Of a stretch of 64,000 bases of DNA, positions 50,558 to 62,160 are shown one piece after another. Under the pieces are notes generated by a model. The model was given only the letters and a program-made list of their open reading frames with translations. It was not told where the DNA came from and did not search any database. Numbering within the stretch: the stretch's first letter is position 1; each line of letters opens with the position of its first letter. The DNA lies in assembly GCA_001600695.1 (NCBI GenBank), contig BCKQ01000007.1:565594-629593 (forward strand), written 5' to 3'. This DNA comes from Ascoidea asiatica JCM 7603. Taxonomy: Eukaryota > Fungi > Ascomycota. A program made the position numbers and the translations under genes.

Positions 50558-52642
50558 ATGAATAATTCAACTGTAATTCAATTACCTGACTGGTCAAAAG
50601 ATTATTTAATAAGCTTAATAAATTTTTCAAAAAGTTTATTATCAACTTTTGAATCTTTACCAGGTGGTTCAATAATTATGAGATATATAAAATCTTCTTA
50701 TCAAAATGATCCTTTTAGATCTTTACTTGAAATTTTTTTAATTATATTTAGTTTAAATTATTTTTTATCTTCAAAAATCTCAAAAAATAAAAATTTTTAT
50801 TTAAATTTAAATAAAACTGAAAAAAATTCAATTTTAAAAAATTTTAAACCTTTACCATTAATTAATGATTTAAAACCAGAAGAATTTTATAATTTGAAAA
50901 AAATTCCAATTGTTAATGGTAATAATAATCTTAAATATTTAAATTTAAATTTAAATCCTTATTTAAATGATTATAAAAATCAATATAAAGGTAAATTATA
51001 TAATACAAATAATTTAATCACCAATGAATCAAATAAAACAAAAACTTTTTTAAATAATGTCTTAAATTTAGCTTCAAATGATTTTTTAAATTTAAGTAAT
51101 AATAAATTCTCAATTAATGAAGCTTCAAAAGTTATTAGAAACTATGGTGTTGGAGCTTGTGGTCCTCCAAATTTTTATGGTACTTCCGATATTCAAGTTA
51201 ATTTAGAAAAAGATTTATCTAAATTTTTTGGTACTGAAAATGCAATAATTTATGGTCAAGATTTTTGTACTGCAGAAAGTATTATACCTGCTTTTTTAAA
51301 AAGAGGTGATATATGTATTGTTGATTCTGGTATAAATTTATCTATTCAAAAAGCAATTATTTTATCAAGATGTAAAGCTTATTGGTTTAATCATAATGAT
51401 TTAAGTCATTTAATTGAAATTTTAGAAAATTTAAAATTTTTAAATATTGGTATTAATGAAAATCCAATTCCAAGAAAATTTATTGTTACTGAAGGTTTAT
51501 TTTATAATACTGGTGATTACCCAAATTTACCAAAATTAATTGAAATTAAAAATCATTATAAATATAGATTATTTTTAGATGAAAGTTATTCAATTGGTGT
51601 ACTTGGTAAATCTGGTAAAGGTTTACCTGATTTTTTTAATATTGATAGAAAACAAATTGAAATTACAACTTGTTCAATGGGTAATTCTTTAGCATCTTCT
51701 GGTGGGTTTTCAATTGGTGAAAATTCAATGATTTTTTATCAAAGAATTGGTTCAAGTGCTGTTTGTTTTTCTGCTTCTTTACCTCCTTATTTATCAAAAG
51801 TAACTTCATGTTCTTTAAAATTAATTTCTGATTCAATTTCTGAAGAATTAAATTCAAATGGTAAAAAAAAATCATATTTAACAAAATTAAATGAAATTAC
51901 AACTTATACTTTCTCAAAATTATTAAAAAATAAAAAAATTTCAAAATATTTCAAAATTACTTCAATCAAAGAAAGTTCAATTATTCATCTAGAATTAAAT
52001 AATAATTTTAAAAATATTTTAGATTTACCTTTATATTATGTTAATGAAAATAATAAAATGGCAAAAACATTAAATGATGAATTAAATTCTTATCTCAGTC
52101 AAGAAGAAGAAGAAGAACAACAACAACAAAATACAAATGAAACTGATAATAAAATTAATAGTGATAATGATAATGATTCTTCAAGCGATTTTACTTTAAT
52201 AGACAATGAAAAATCTGGTGATGATTATGAAAGAGTTGATTATTATTCATCAAATTTCAATAATTCAAAATCCGCTCATTCTACACTAAAAGAATTAGAC
52301 CCAAATTTTATTATAAATCAAAATGAATTAAATTCAAAAGATAATTTAGATATTTATGAGTTATATAATATTGAAAATTTTTTAATCTGTAAAATTATTA
52401 ATCATTTATTAATCAATTATTCAATTTTAATCAATTCTTCAACAAGATCTCTAAAACATGAAATTGTTAAAGTTAATCCACAATTAAAAATTAATCTAAG
52501 TAGGGAATTGACATTTAAAGAAATTGATAATACTTTAGATTCTTTATCAACTTCAATTAATGAAATTTGTTCAAAATTAAATTCTTTCAATGATTTAAAA
52601 AAATTGTTTGATACTGATAATGCAGTTAATGATTATAAATGA
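50558..52642 (+). CDS. LCB1: Serine palmitoyltransferase subunit 1
   Basis: RYIKSSYQNDPFR, YGVGACGPPNFYG, IPAFLKRGD, LFLDES and FSASLPPY. Confidence 0.96.
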   Translation: MNNSTVIQLPDWSKDYLISLINFSKSLLSTFESLPGGSIIMRYIKSSYQNDPFRSLLEIFLIIFSLNYFLSSKISKNKNFYLNLNKTEKNSILKNFKPLPLINDLKPEEFYNLKKIPIVNGNNNLKYLNLNLNPYLNDYKNQYKGKLYNTNNLITNESNKTKTFLNNVLNLASNDFLNLSNNKFSINEASKVIRNYGVGACGPPNFYGTSDIQVNLEKDLSKFFGTENAIIYGQDFCTAESIIPAFLKRGDICIVDSGINLSIQKAIILSRCKAYWFNHNDLSHLIEILENLKFLNIGINENPIPRKFIVTEGLFYNTGDYPNLPKLIEIKNHYKYRLFLDESYSIGVLGKSGKGLPDFFNIDRKQIEITTCSMGNSLASSGGFSIGENSMIFYQRIGSSAVCFSASLPPYLSKVTSCSLKLISDSISEELNSNGKKKSYLTKLNEITTYTFSKLLKNKKISKYFKITSIKESSIIHLELNNNFKNILDLPLYYVNENNKMAKTLNDELNSYLSQEEEEEQQQQNTNETDNKINSDNDNDSSSDFTLIDNEKSGDDYERVDYYSSNFNNSKSAHSTLKELDPNFIINQNELNSKDNLDIYELYNIENFLICKIINHLLINYSILINSSTRSLKHEIVKVNPQLKINLSRELTFKEIDNTLDSLSTSINEICSKLNSFNDLKKLFDTDNAVNDYK

Positions 52643-53944
52643 TTCTAAAGATCTATAATCATATCTTTTTTTTATTATTTATAATATTTCTTAAATCTCT
52701 TCAACTTCTTTTCTCTTCATTTTAAAATCATTTTTAATTTTTTTTTTTCTCTCATTTATTATTTCTTCATTTTTTCTTGAATTTTTGTTTTTATATCTAT
52801 AATTTTTATCATAATTCTCTTTCTGTTAATTATAACCCTACTTTTACTTTCAATCATGGATCATTTAATTTGATTTTTAATATACTTTTAACTAATTTTT
52901 AATAAATATTTACTAAATTTTATTTCAATTTTTCTTTTTTTTTTCTTCTTTTTTTATCGTGGTTTAGCTTTTACAGTTTCAAACTCTTTTGGAATATTGT
53001 ACTCTGGATATCTTTTGAGAAACTTTTTAGTATTAATTTATTATTTTTTTAATTTTTCTTTTCATATATAAATTCAAGTAGTGGAATATAGTTTTTTCAA
53101 TTTTTATCAGACTTCTTTAATTAATTCAATAATTCATAAATAAGTTTACATTACTTTACACATTCAAAGAACTTACGAATATAATTTAGTACTGAAATAA
53201 TTTCATTTTCAATTTCAATGTTAATTTCAATTTCTATCTCGATTTGAGATAAATGTTTTGATTTATTTGAATAAATAATTATAGTTTATTTTAATGTACG
53301 CATCTTCTCAAAAGTATTTCTTTTTAATTTCATATGAAATTTAACATTTAATTAACCAAATTTCAAAAAGCCCCAGAATTATAATTCCAAATTGGATTTT
53401 TTTTAAATTTTAATTTTTAATGGATTTCAGCTTGCGAAAAAAAAAAGGGAGATTTCAAATTCAAAATTAAAATAAATATATTCACAGGTTGTAAATTCAG
53501 ATACACTTCAATTTGCAGATTAAATGTGCAGATTAATTCACACTCTTTTCAAATTTCTTATCTTATCTGATTTTGAATATATAAGATTCAATCTCAAAAC
53601 TGCTTGTCAATATGATCAGCAACTAGTTGATACTGCAAAAAAGTTAATTTCTATTCATCTAAAATTGAATAACTTGTCATTTATAACACCCGTTAAATTG
53701 ATTTGAGTTATTTCATCAAAGAAACAGCCTATGAACCATTTTTTTCGACAAAATTAAATTTAATTCTGTTACATCGACCACCATTATCGATTCCAAAAGT
53801 AGAATAAATCTCTCACTTTTAGTTTCTTTTGATTCACATAAAATCCAATAAAATCCAATAAAATCTAATAAACTCAACTCAAACCCAAATTCAACATCAA
53901 CCCATTATAATCTACTGTATAAAATTTCTATTTCACTTTCTTTG

Positions 53945-54240
53945 AACCAGCTTTTTCTTGGTGTATTAATCCAGCTTTTATTTCAGCTTCTATTTTACCG
54001 ACAGTTTCAACTGCTGAGTTTTTTGAATTTTTCAATCAGTTTCGAAGGCGAATTCGGAGCATTCGCAGGCGGAGCACGTTTTTTCCGTGTCGCATTTTGG
54101 TCCGTGTGCATGGATATCTTATTTTTGATAACCTTAATAACCTGCTGCGGATGAGTACTTCGGAACGGACATTTGTCCGGGTGTGTCTAATTGAAGGCTT
54201 TTTACCAGTTCTGTGGATTGAATAGAACAGCTTCACACTA
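53945..54240 (+). ncRNA. Candidate structured ncRNA ending in an H/ACA-like hairpin and ACA
   Basis: GC-rich island between convergent genes, TATAAAA at 53918, multiple nested helices, and a 3' hairpin with an internal loop followed by ACA (54235-54237). Confidence 0.6.
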
Positions 54241-55947
54241 ATTCATTAAATACGCCAATCATTTTATAAACTGCTTGAAAGTAAGCAATTGAACTTAATT
54301 GCAAGTAAAGCATTAGAATAAAATTAAGGTGGTAGATAAATAGATAGATAGATGATAATCATATTAGTAAATAAAATAATAATGGATAAATATTACAAGA
54401 AAATGCATAAAAAACGAGATAATGAATAGAGAGAGATACCTTATCTTTCTATTTAACTCACTAAACTGAAATCTGGTGTGAATTTCTTGAAGAAATCACG
54501 ACAATTTTTGCGATTTTCAAACTTATTTTGCATTAGAGGCAGATTTTAAATTAAATATTTCTTTACTTTTCTCATTATTTTCAAAACTAAATGTTTCAAA
54601 AATTTATCAAGTTTAACCCATAATGTTTATTAGATTCCTTTTATCATCGGTTAAAATGAATTCCCATGTTGTTTAAATCACTAAAATATAACAAAATCTG
54701 AAACTTTACAAATTACATACGCCTTCAAGTTTACCATAAATTGATTGTTTTAATAATCACATTATCTGAAAAAAAGTTTATAATTTCAAATGATCAAAAA
54801 AAGATTAAAAGTATAAATGAAACTCAAATAACAAGTATCTTCAAATTATATTCAACCTTTTTTCAAATTAAAATTCAAACGTGGTTTAATTTTGATGATT
54901 TAACCACATAATTTGGATTTATTCATCTGCCTATTTTACACATAATGTACTATATGTATGTTAATGGAAGTAAAAATTTAATACAGTACTAATAATACTT
55001 ACTAAATTTCTTTCAAAGCTGCAACACATATTCTTGAATTTTCTTGATATAAAATTTTTTGAATTATATCCAATTTTTATTAAATTTAATCAATATATTC
55101 TATTATTCATTATCCATGATCTTTAATTGGAGAATAAAAGGCTTTTCAAAAAATTTGTTACTTCATTATAAATTTTTTTTATCCTATTATATTATTGTAT
55201 AATTATGACAAATAATTACATACTGCAGATTTATTGTTATTTGAGTAAAATATAAAGTGATATTCTTTTAATTTATATGATAACTAGTTTTATGGCTTGA
55301 TAAATGAAATCATATTAACTAAACATTCGATCCTTTATTCCCTTTTTTTTTTGTTTTTTTGAAGCAATTAAGGGGAAAATATGATTTTTTTTTACAACAT
55401 AAATGACTTTGAACGAATTTCGGTGTAAATTTAGTGCAAGCTTTGTCATTTGAAAGGAATAAATTCTCAATTCATTAATTAACTAATTTTTTTTTTATCT
55501 GTTTGATTGCTTGGTTGTTCAAGTTTTGATTTTAGTTACTTTATTGAACATTATCTACAATAAAAATCTTTTTAATAAACCAAAAATTTTATTTGAAATA
55601 TGTATACATAACAAAACCTTCCTCTAACTGTATATAGATGAAAAAAAAATTGAATATAAAAAGTTTAAATAAAAACTATGCTTAGAATTAGTAGAATTAA
55701 ATAAGTTAGATATTTTTTGATATATAATTATAAGTTAAGCCGATAAATAATAGATAAAGATAAAAAAATAAGCATAATTGTAAAAAATACAAAATTATTG
55801 AATTGAATAGAAATAAAAACTGAAATTGAAATAGAAATTGAAATTGAAATTAAAATTAAAATTAAAATTGAATTTAAAGTAGAAATTAAAATAGAAGTTG
55901 AAATAGGAATAAAATAAATAGTGTAAATAATTAAAAGAAATAGAATT

Positions 55948-58206
55948 TTACCTACTTAATGGAGGTAGAGTATAGTTATTTGATTTTTCACCTTCTTTGA
56001 AACGATTCAAACTTTCTGAAGCAACATGAGCTAAAGCAGGAAGACGATTATTATTATTATTATTATTGATATTATTAAATGAAAAATCTCTAGGGGATCC
56101 GGAAAATGGAGGTAATTGAATTGAACTATTATTTCTAACTGAACTTTCTTTTAAATTTGAATTTGATCCTGTTAATTCGGAGATTCCTGGTAATTTAATT
56201 TTATTATTATTGAAATTATTATTAAGTTGATTATTAATTGGGTTATTATAGTTATTATGAATACTAGGAATATTATGAATACTAGGAATCATGGAAATAC
56301 TTGAAAGATTGGAAATATTAGATTTATTTGAAGAGTTTGAAATATTAGGATTATTAAAAGTATTTTGATTAAGGTTATGAACATTTTTACTCATAGTAAT
56401 TGGTTGATTTGGCATAACTGGAGAAATATCAAAACTTGGAGAAATTGGAGAACTATTTGTATTTATACTATTATTATATTGACTTGCGTTATATTGACTA
56501 GTATTATATGGACTATTATTACTATAACTACCATTATTATAATTAGTATTGTTAAAAGTAGCAAAAGAATTTAATGAGGAATTTGAAATATCTCTATTAT
56601 GATTAATATTTGAAGGAAATGAATTATTGGTATAATAATGATTTGGTTGAAAAGGGGGTAAGCTTCTACCGGAACTTGATTGATTTGGTAGTGAAATATG
56701 AGGATTAGATGAATTAATATTATTAGGATTATTGTTATTGTAAGTATTGTTATAAAGGTAATGTGCAGGAGCCTGTGATTGAGATGGGGGTTGAGATGAA
56801 GACAAATTTTGTTGAAGAGTTGATGATTGAGAAGCCGTGGATCTATACATTATTGGTTGAGAATAAGTATTAATAGGAGGTGGAATTGGTCTTAATTGAT
56901 TAGGAGGTAGTTGACGTTGATGTTGACGATAATCAAATTGATAAGTTGGTATATGCAATTTCTTTAATGGTTGTTGTTGCTGTTGTTGTTCTTGTTCTTG
57001 TTCTTGTTGAATTTGATTTTCATTTTGCTTATTATTTTTATTTTTGATCTTATTTTTATTAATTTTATTTTTATCTAATTGATTTGAATTAATGATTTTT
57101 TCATTATTTTGATCATTATTAAAATCATTGAAAGATCTTTTTTTATTTATTGATAAATTATTATTTTTAGTTGATTTACTAATTTGACGTTTTCTTTGTC
57201 TAATTCTAGCACCATGTTTATAAAGAAATCTAGTTAAAGCAGTTGAAGTTAAAGAACCTGGGAAATTTTTCTGAGTATAAACAGTAAATATAGTACTTAA
57301 AGTTTTATCTAAGAAAATAATTTTATTATTATAGAATTGAAATAAAGAAAAAAGTAAAGCAAATTTACCAGTTTTTCTAACAGATATATCACCAAAAGCA
57401 AAACAAGTTACATAATTATCAGATTTACTTGAGCGCTTAAGATTAAAAATTTGAGATTGATCTTGTTGTGGTTGTTGTTGTTGTTGATTATTTAAATTTG
57501 GAGAAAGATTATTATTATTAATATTATTAGTTGAAGGAATTGAAGGAATATTAATTTTCATACCAGAAACCACTTCTGAACCAAATAAATCATTTGAATT
57601 TGAATCTAAATCATCAAAATTTTTTGAATTTTTTATATTATCTAAATCAATTAATTCAACACGAACAAAATAAGTTGGAAAATGAGACCAAGAAGGCATT
57701 GTACCATTTTTATTTAATTCCGATATAACTTTTGTTGTTTGTTGAAATTCAGGTTCATTATAAACATCATTATTTCTAATTTTTTCAGCAGTATCTTTTG
57801 TAATATTAATATCATCAAAACTATCAGGATCTGAACAAATATTTGAAACATTAGGTAATATAGATTCTTTTAATTCAGTATTAAATTTTAATTGAAGTAC
57901 AGGAGGTGGATGAATTGGACGATGTTCAGATAATGGAGTTGAAGGACAATTACCGCCAAATGAATTTTGTCTTGGAGCAACTTTTGCATGTAAAGGTTGT
58001 TGAATAATATTTAAAGAAATTCTTTTGAATAATTTTTCATTCGAATTATGTGAAGATTCTTGATTAAATTTTACAAATTTTTTTTGTTTTTTAGTCTCTA
58101 GTTTATCATTATTTTGAATATTATTATTATTATTTTGATTATCATCAGTAATAGTTTGTTGTTTACTATCACCTAAGATAAAGGATAAACTAGTTTTTGT
58201 TGACAT
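55948..58206 (-). CDS. Velvet-domain transcription factor (VosA/VelB/VeA family)
   Basis: RPIHPPPVLQL, FAFGDISVRKTGKFAL.FSL and FTVYTQKNFPGSLTSTALTRFL..HGARIRQRK match the velvet domain consensus. Confidence 0.9.
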   Translation of the reverse strand: MSTKTSLSFILGDSKQQTITDDNQNNNNNIQNNDKLETKKQKKFVKFNQESSHNSNEKLFKRISLNIIQQPLHAKVAPRQNSFGGNCPSTPLSEHRPIHPPPVLQLKFNTELKESILPNVSNICSDPDSFDDINITKDTAEKIRNNDVYNEPEFQQTTKVISELNKNGTMPSWSHFPTYFVRVELIDLDNIKNSKNFDDLDSNSNDLFGSEVVSGMKINIPSIPSTNNINNNNLSPNLNNQQQQQPQQDQSQIFNLKRSSKSDNYVTCFAFGDISVRKTGKFALLFSLFQFYNNKIIFLDKTLSTIFTVYTQKNFPGSLTSTALTRFLYKHGARIRQRKRQISKSTKNNNLSINKKRSFNDFNNDQNNEKIINSNQLDKNKINKNKIKNKNNKQNENQIQQEQEQEQQQQQQPLKKLHIPTYQFDYRQHQRQLPPNQLRPIPPPINTYSQPIMYRSTASQSSTLQQNLSSSQPPSQSQAPAHYLYNNTYNNNNPNNINSSNPHISLPNQSSSGRSLPPFQPNHYYTNNSFPSNINHNRDISNSSLNSFATFNNTNYNNGSYSNNSPYNTSQYNASQYNNSINTNSSPISPSFDISPVMPNQPITMSKNVHNLNQNTFNNPNISNSSNKSNISNLSSISMIPSIHNIPSIHNNYNNPINNQLNNNFNNNKIKLPGISELTGSNSNLKESSVRNNSSIQLPPFSGSPRDFSFNNINNNNNNNRLPALAHVASESLNRFKEGEKSNNYTLPPLSR

Positions 58207-59589
58207 TTTTTTTTAATGTTTATAATAAGATATGTAATATAGAGAATATTAAAGATGTATTAGAGGGTAATGAATATTAAAGTAACAGTTATTTGGTAAG
58301 ATTTTAATTTTGTGATTGGTGTAAGAATATTGATTATTGAGTATGTGTTATTAAATGTATAATTAGTTTAGTATTGTTTATATATTTGTATGTTTGTATG
58401 ATTGTATGATTGTATGATTGGGTATATTTGTATACAAAGATAGTAAATATATAAGATATATAGGATTTATAACAAATAAAAAATTGAGAAGAAGTTTAAA
58501 AAAGGGAGGAAATTCGGATTATTTATATATTAAACCAAGTTGTTACTTTTAATTTATATATATATATTTATATATTTTGGTAAATATGGTAGTTATGAAG
58601 TAATAAGTTATGTGGATATGTGAATATGTAAAAAATTAGAAAATTAGATATTTGAAAATTTGGAATTATAAAAGATAAAACATTAAATATAAAAGATAAA
58701 ACAATAAGTAATAAAAAAAATGAGTAAACTAGAGTTATTTATTCAGTATATTCAGTATATTTAGAATATTTAGTATATTTGGTATATTTCGTATGTAACC
58801 AAATTTATATAAAAATGAGTTGGAAAAGATAAGTTATACACTGTTAGTTAACTTAGTTAAGTTAGTTAGGTTAGTTAGGTTAGTTAGTAGTAGTAAATAA
58901 TAGATAAATATTAAATGCAGAGGAAAAGTGAGCATGAAAATTGGCGATACCCAAAATTTTGAATATTTTGAATTTAATCGAATTTAATTTTAATTTAATT
59001 TAATTTTAATTTAATTTTAATTTTAATTTAACTTGAATTTAAATTGGAGAAGCCTTTTAAAATTAGTGGTAAATAATAAAAAAATAGATAAATAATATAT
59101 AGAAGAATAAAAATAACAGACTAAAATGAAATGAATAAAATTAATATGAAAAAATTGATCATTCAAGCAAAAAAATATTCCTCTTTTTAATGTTTGTGCA
59201 AGTCGTTTGAATTAAGGAAAAAAAAGGTAAAAAGGTAAAAAGGTAAAAAGGTAAAAAAATTGGAATAAAAAGGGATTAGAAAGTGAATATGAAAGTGAAT
59301 ACTGAAATTGATATTGGTATTGGTATTGAGAAAAAGTGAGATGAATTTCATTTTGGATCAAATTTACTGTAATTAGAGAAATACTTGGAATACTGGCTGA
59401 AATACTGGTTAAAAAAGTGATTAAAATACTGGTTAATTATTACAGGTAGATAAATAGAGAGAAATTAAATGAACTTTACAAGATTTTTACAAGAATTTTG
59501 CTTCGTTCTTCTGCTGCAACTTCCACTGCAGCTGCAAACAAACTGCAAAAGAATTGCAAATGAAACTGTAAATGCAACACCAGCTCAAA

Positions 59590-59685
59590 TAAACTGAAAA
59601 CAACTGAAAACAACTGAAAATAACTCGATTGAACTCGATTGAACTCAAATGAACTCAAATGAACTCAGATGAACTCAGATTAACA
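59590..59685. repeat. Drifting 10-bp tandem repeats
   Basis: AACTGAAAAC-like x3, AACTCGATTG x2, AACTCAAATG x2 and AACTCAGAT(G) x2. Confidence 0.85.
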
Positions 59686-61939
59686 CAATTCAACCCAATA
59701 TTGAATTCCAAAGACATTTCAAAGACCTTGAGTATTCACCTTTTAAAGAATTTAAATATTTGAATACTTTAGTTTTGTAGGATTATCAAATTTCAACATG
59801 ATTTGCAATCATAAATTATCTAAACTTGTTGGTTAGTTGATTAATTGGTTAATTTATTGAATAAATTGAAACAAATTTTAAGCCCAAAGTAAGCAAAGTA
59901 AGTTTTTGAGGAAAGAAAAGAAAAAGAAAAAGAAAAAGAAAAAAGAAGAAGATAAAGAAAATGGGTTTTTGTACTACTAGGCATTACATAATAATTGTTT
60001 GCTTTATCAATAATATTGAACATATGAAATTTAAAATTACAAAATATGAAATACGTAAATCCTGAGTATGAAATTACAGTATAATTTCAAATAGTGTAAC
60101 ATTTAACTATAAATTCAAATAAATAATACGAAAAAAAGAGGTTGGTTTAAAATCTTGGTTATAATAAATAACTTTAAGTATTAAGATATTATTGATTGTA
60201 TTCATTATTATATATTTTTGAACAGCTATTGGTTTACCAATATTCAAATCTGAGACACTTAAAAAGATATTTAAAAAGAAAATTTGAAAAAAAATAGGAA
60301 ACTCAAAGGCCATTTGTAACCATGGCTCAGTAAGCAAAGGATTCAAAGAAATTGATCAGTAAATTGAATAAAATGAATAAATTGAATAATCTGAATAATT
60401 GTAAAAAGTCTGGAAACTATTCGGAAAATACTAAGTGGTTATAAGAATAACACTGTAAATTCACTCAACCACTGCACTTCACTAAGTAAAACTTGAGGAC
60501 AAAATTTTTACAGTGGTTAGCATTTCAATTAGTAATAGCAGTAGTTTCAGCCTATTTCAGAATTCAAGCCACCCTTTTGCCTTTGATTTTGCCTTTACTT
60601 TTGCCTTTACTTTCTTCTGAGAGTAACGTTGGTTGGTTAACATTTGTGATTTTTCTCTGCGAATTTCTCTGCTTGATCTTTTGAACCGAGTTTCCACCAG
60701 AAGAATACCAGCACAAGCAGAAAAAGCTGCAAAAGACCCAAAAAAACTCACTTTTTACTGGTGCTGGTGCTTTATGGCGAATACGGCCCTCGTGTTATTT
60801 GCTCTTATCAAGAACAAGCACGAGAATAAGAAGCATTTGCACTTGCATTTGTGTTTGTGTTTGTGTTTGTGTGGTATTTCTGCTTGTCTTTGTGTTTTGC
60901 GTTTTGTGTTTCACGTTTTGCGTCTTAAATGAATGTGCTTGTGATTTAGCCTCAATTTTAATCCCACTAGAACTTCTTCTACCACAAATCACAATCTCAA
61001 TCTCAATCTCAATTTCAGTCTTTATCTTTATCTTTAATTATTATTGTTGTCATATATTCTCTTCTATTCTCCTTTATAGAATCTATTCTATTATATTCTA
61101 TTCTCTTATATTCTATTCTACTATTCTACTATTCTGCTATTCTACCGTTGACTTTCCTCAATCGTTACTAATACTCTACAGTATAATGGTTTTATTCGCT
61201 AAATATTAGTACTACAACTACTAAGGTACTGTAGTATTTATGTAACATTTTATACCCACTGCTGAGTAAGTTCCTGAATCTCGATACGAAATACCGCCAA
61301 TCCACTAAGAAGTTTCTGCACTTTGTGCTCAGCAATTTGCACCTTGTACTTTATGATTGGCGCTTTGTTCTTTGTGTTTTATCAAATTTATGTGCTTTGT
61401 GTGTCTAACAACAAAGAACAAATTCTACTTGAATTTCAACTGCAGCTCTTTGAAAATTTTATAAAGTAACGTTAAGTAACATTATTAATTTGCGTAAAAA
61501 GCGATCAATTTGTTAAAACGTTACCGTTACTTAAACGTTACCTAATCATCAATACCTAAAATTTACCTTAAACACTGTCTGCGATGTAACCTTTGTACTT
61601 TACAAAATTAAATATTGGTGTTATCACTTTCAATGCCTTACTGGTATTTCTGTATAGTGTAAAGTGAAAGAGAGAAAATCAAGAACAAAAATGGCTTTTT
61701 CTCATCCATTTCTCATTTTTCTTTTCTCTTTCTTTAATATATCAATAATTTATCTTCACTTTTCATTTGCTATTAGTGGAAATGTATTAACGTTACTTCT
61801 TTTATAATTGCAATCCTTGAAATCTCTCTCAATTTTTCAAATACTTAACATTATATCTTTTTTTTTTGCTTTTGCTTTTTCAATCCCCGCTACTTTTCTT
61901 CTAAAATGACTGATCTCATATACCCGGTTCACAAGCAGC

Positions 61940-62160
61940 AGAGGAATGCAAAAATGCTTCGGTCCCTTCCAGAAAATAACGTTGTGGGTGCAGTCAAAAG
62001 CATTACACCAAAATATTAACATGCTTTTAACATGCTCGTAAAAAAACAAAATGATTCACGTATATTCCTGTTTCTGTGGCGCAATATATCAGGTGGAGCA
62101 GCTTGTGCAATATTTGACTGCCGAAAACCTTGCTAACATCTTCAACCTTTTTGTTTTTCC
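61940..62160 (+). mobile_element. Probable degenerate Ty1/copia RNase H fragment
   Basis: Broken frames give ENNVVGAV..PKY*HARKK / NDSRIFLFLWRNISGG / VQYLTAENLANIF, resembling the copia consensus EDNQGAI..P..HARTKHID.RYHF.R....G...YVPT.ENLADIFT. Confidence 0.5.

Noticed and set aside
10796-52642. Functional lipid cluster (COQ2, UPC2, PSD1, LCB1) or filamentation cluster (adhesin, STE11, velvet)
   Set aside because: The genes are dispersed among unrelated ones with no shared motif; chance is sufficient.
54060-54068. CATTCGCAG matching a U14 snoRNA antisense element
   Set aside because: No C/D boxes or second U14 element; the 9-mer is paired internally.
58841-58890. TACTAAC...CAG on the minus strand as a velvet 5' UTR intron end
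   Set aside because: Embedded in a (GTTA)n microsatellite, and no canonical donor was found upstream.
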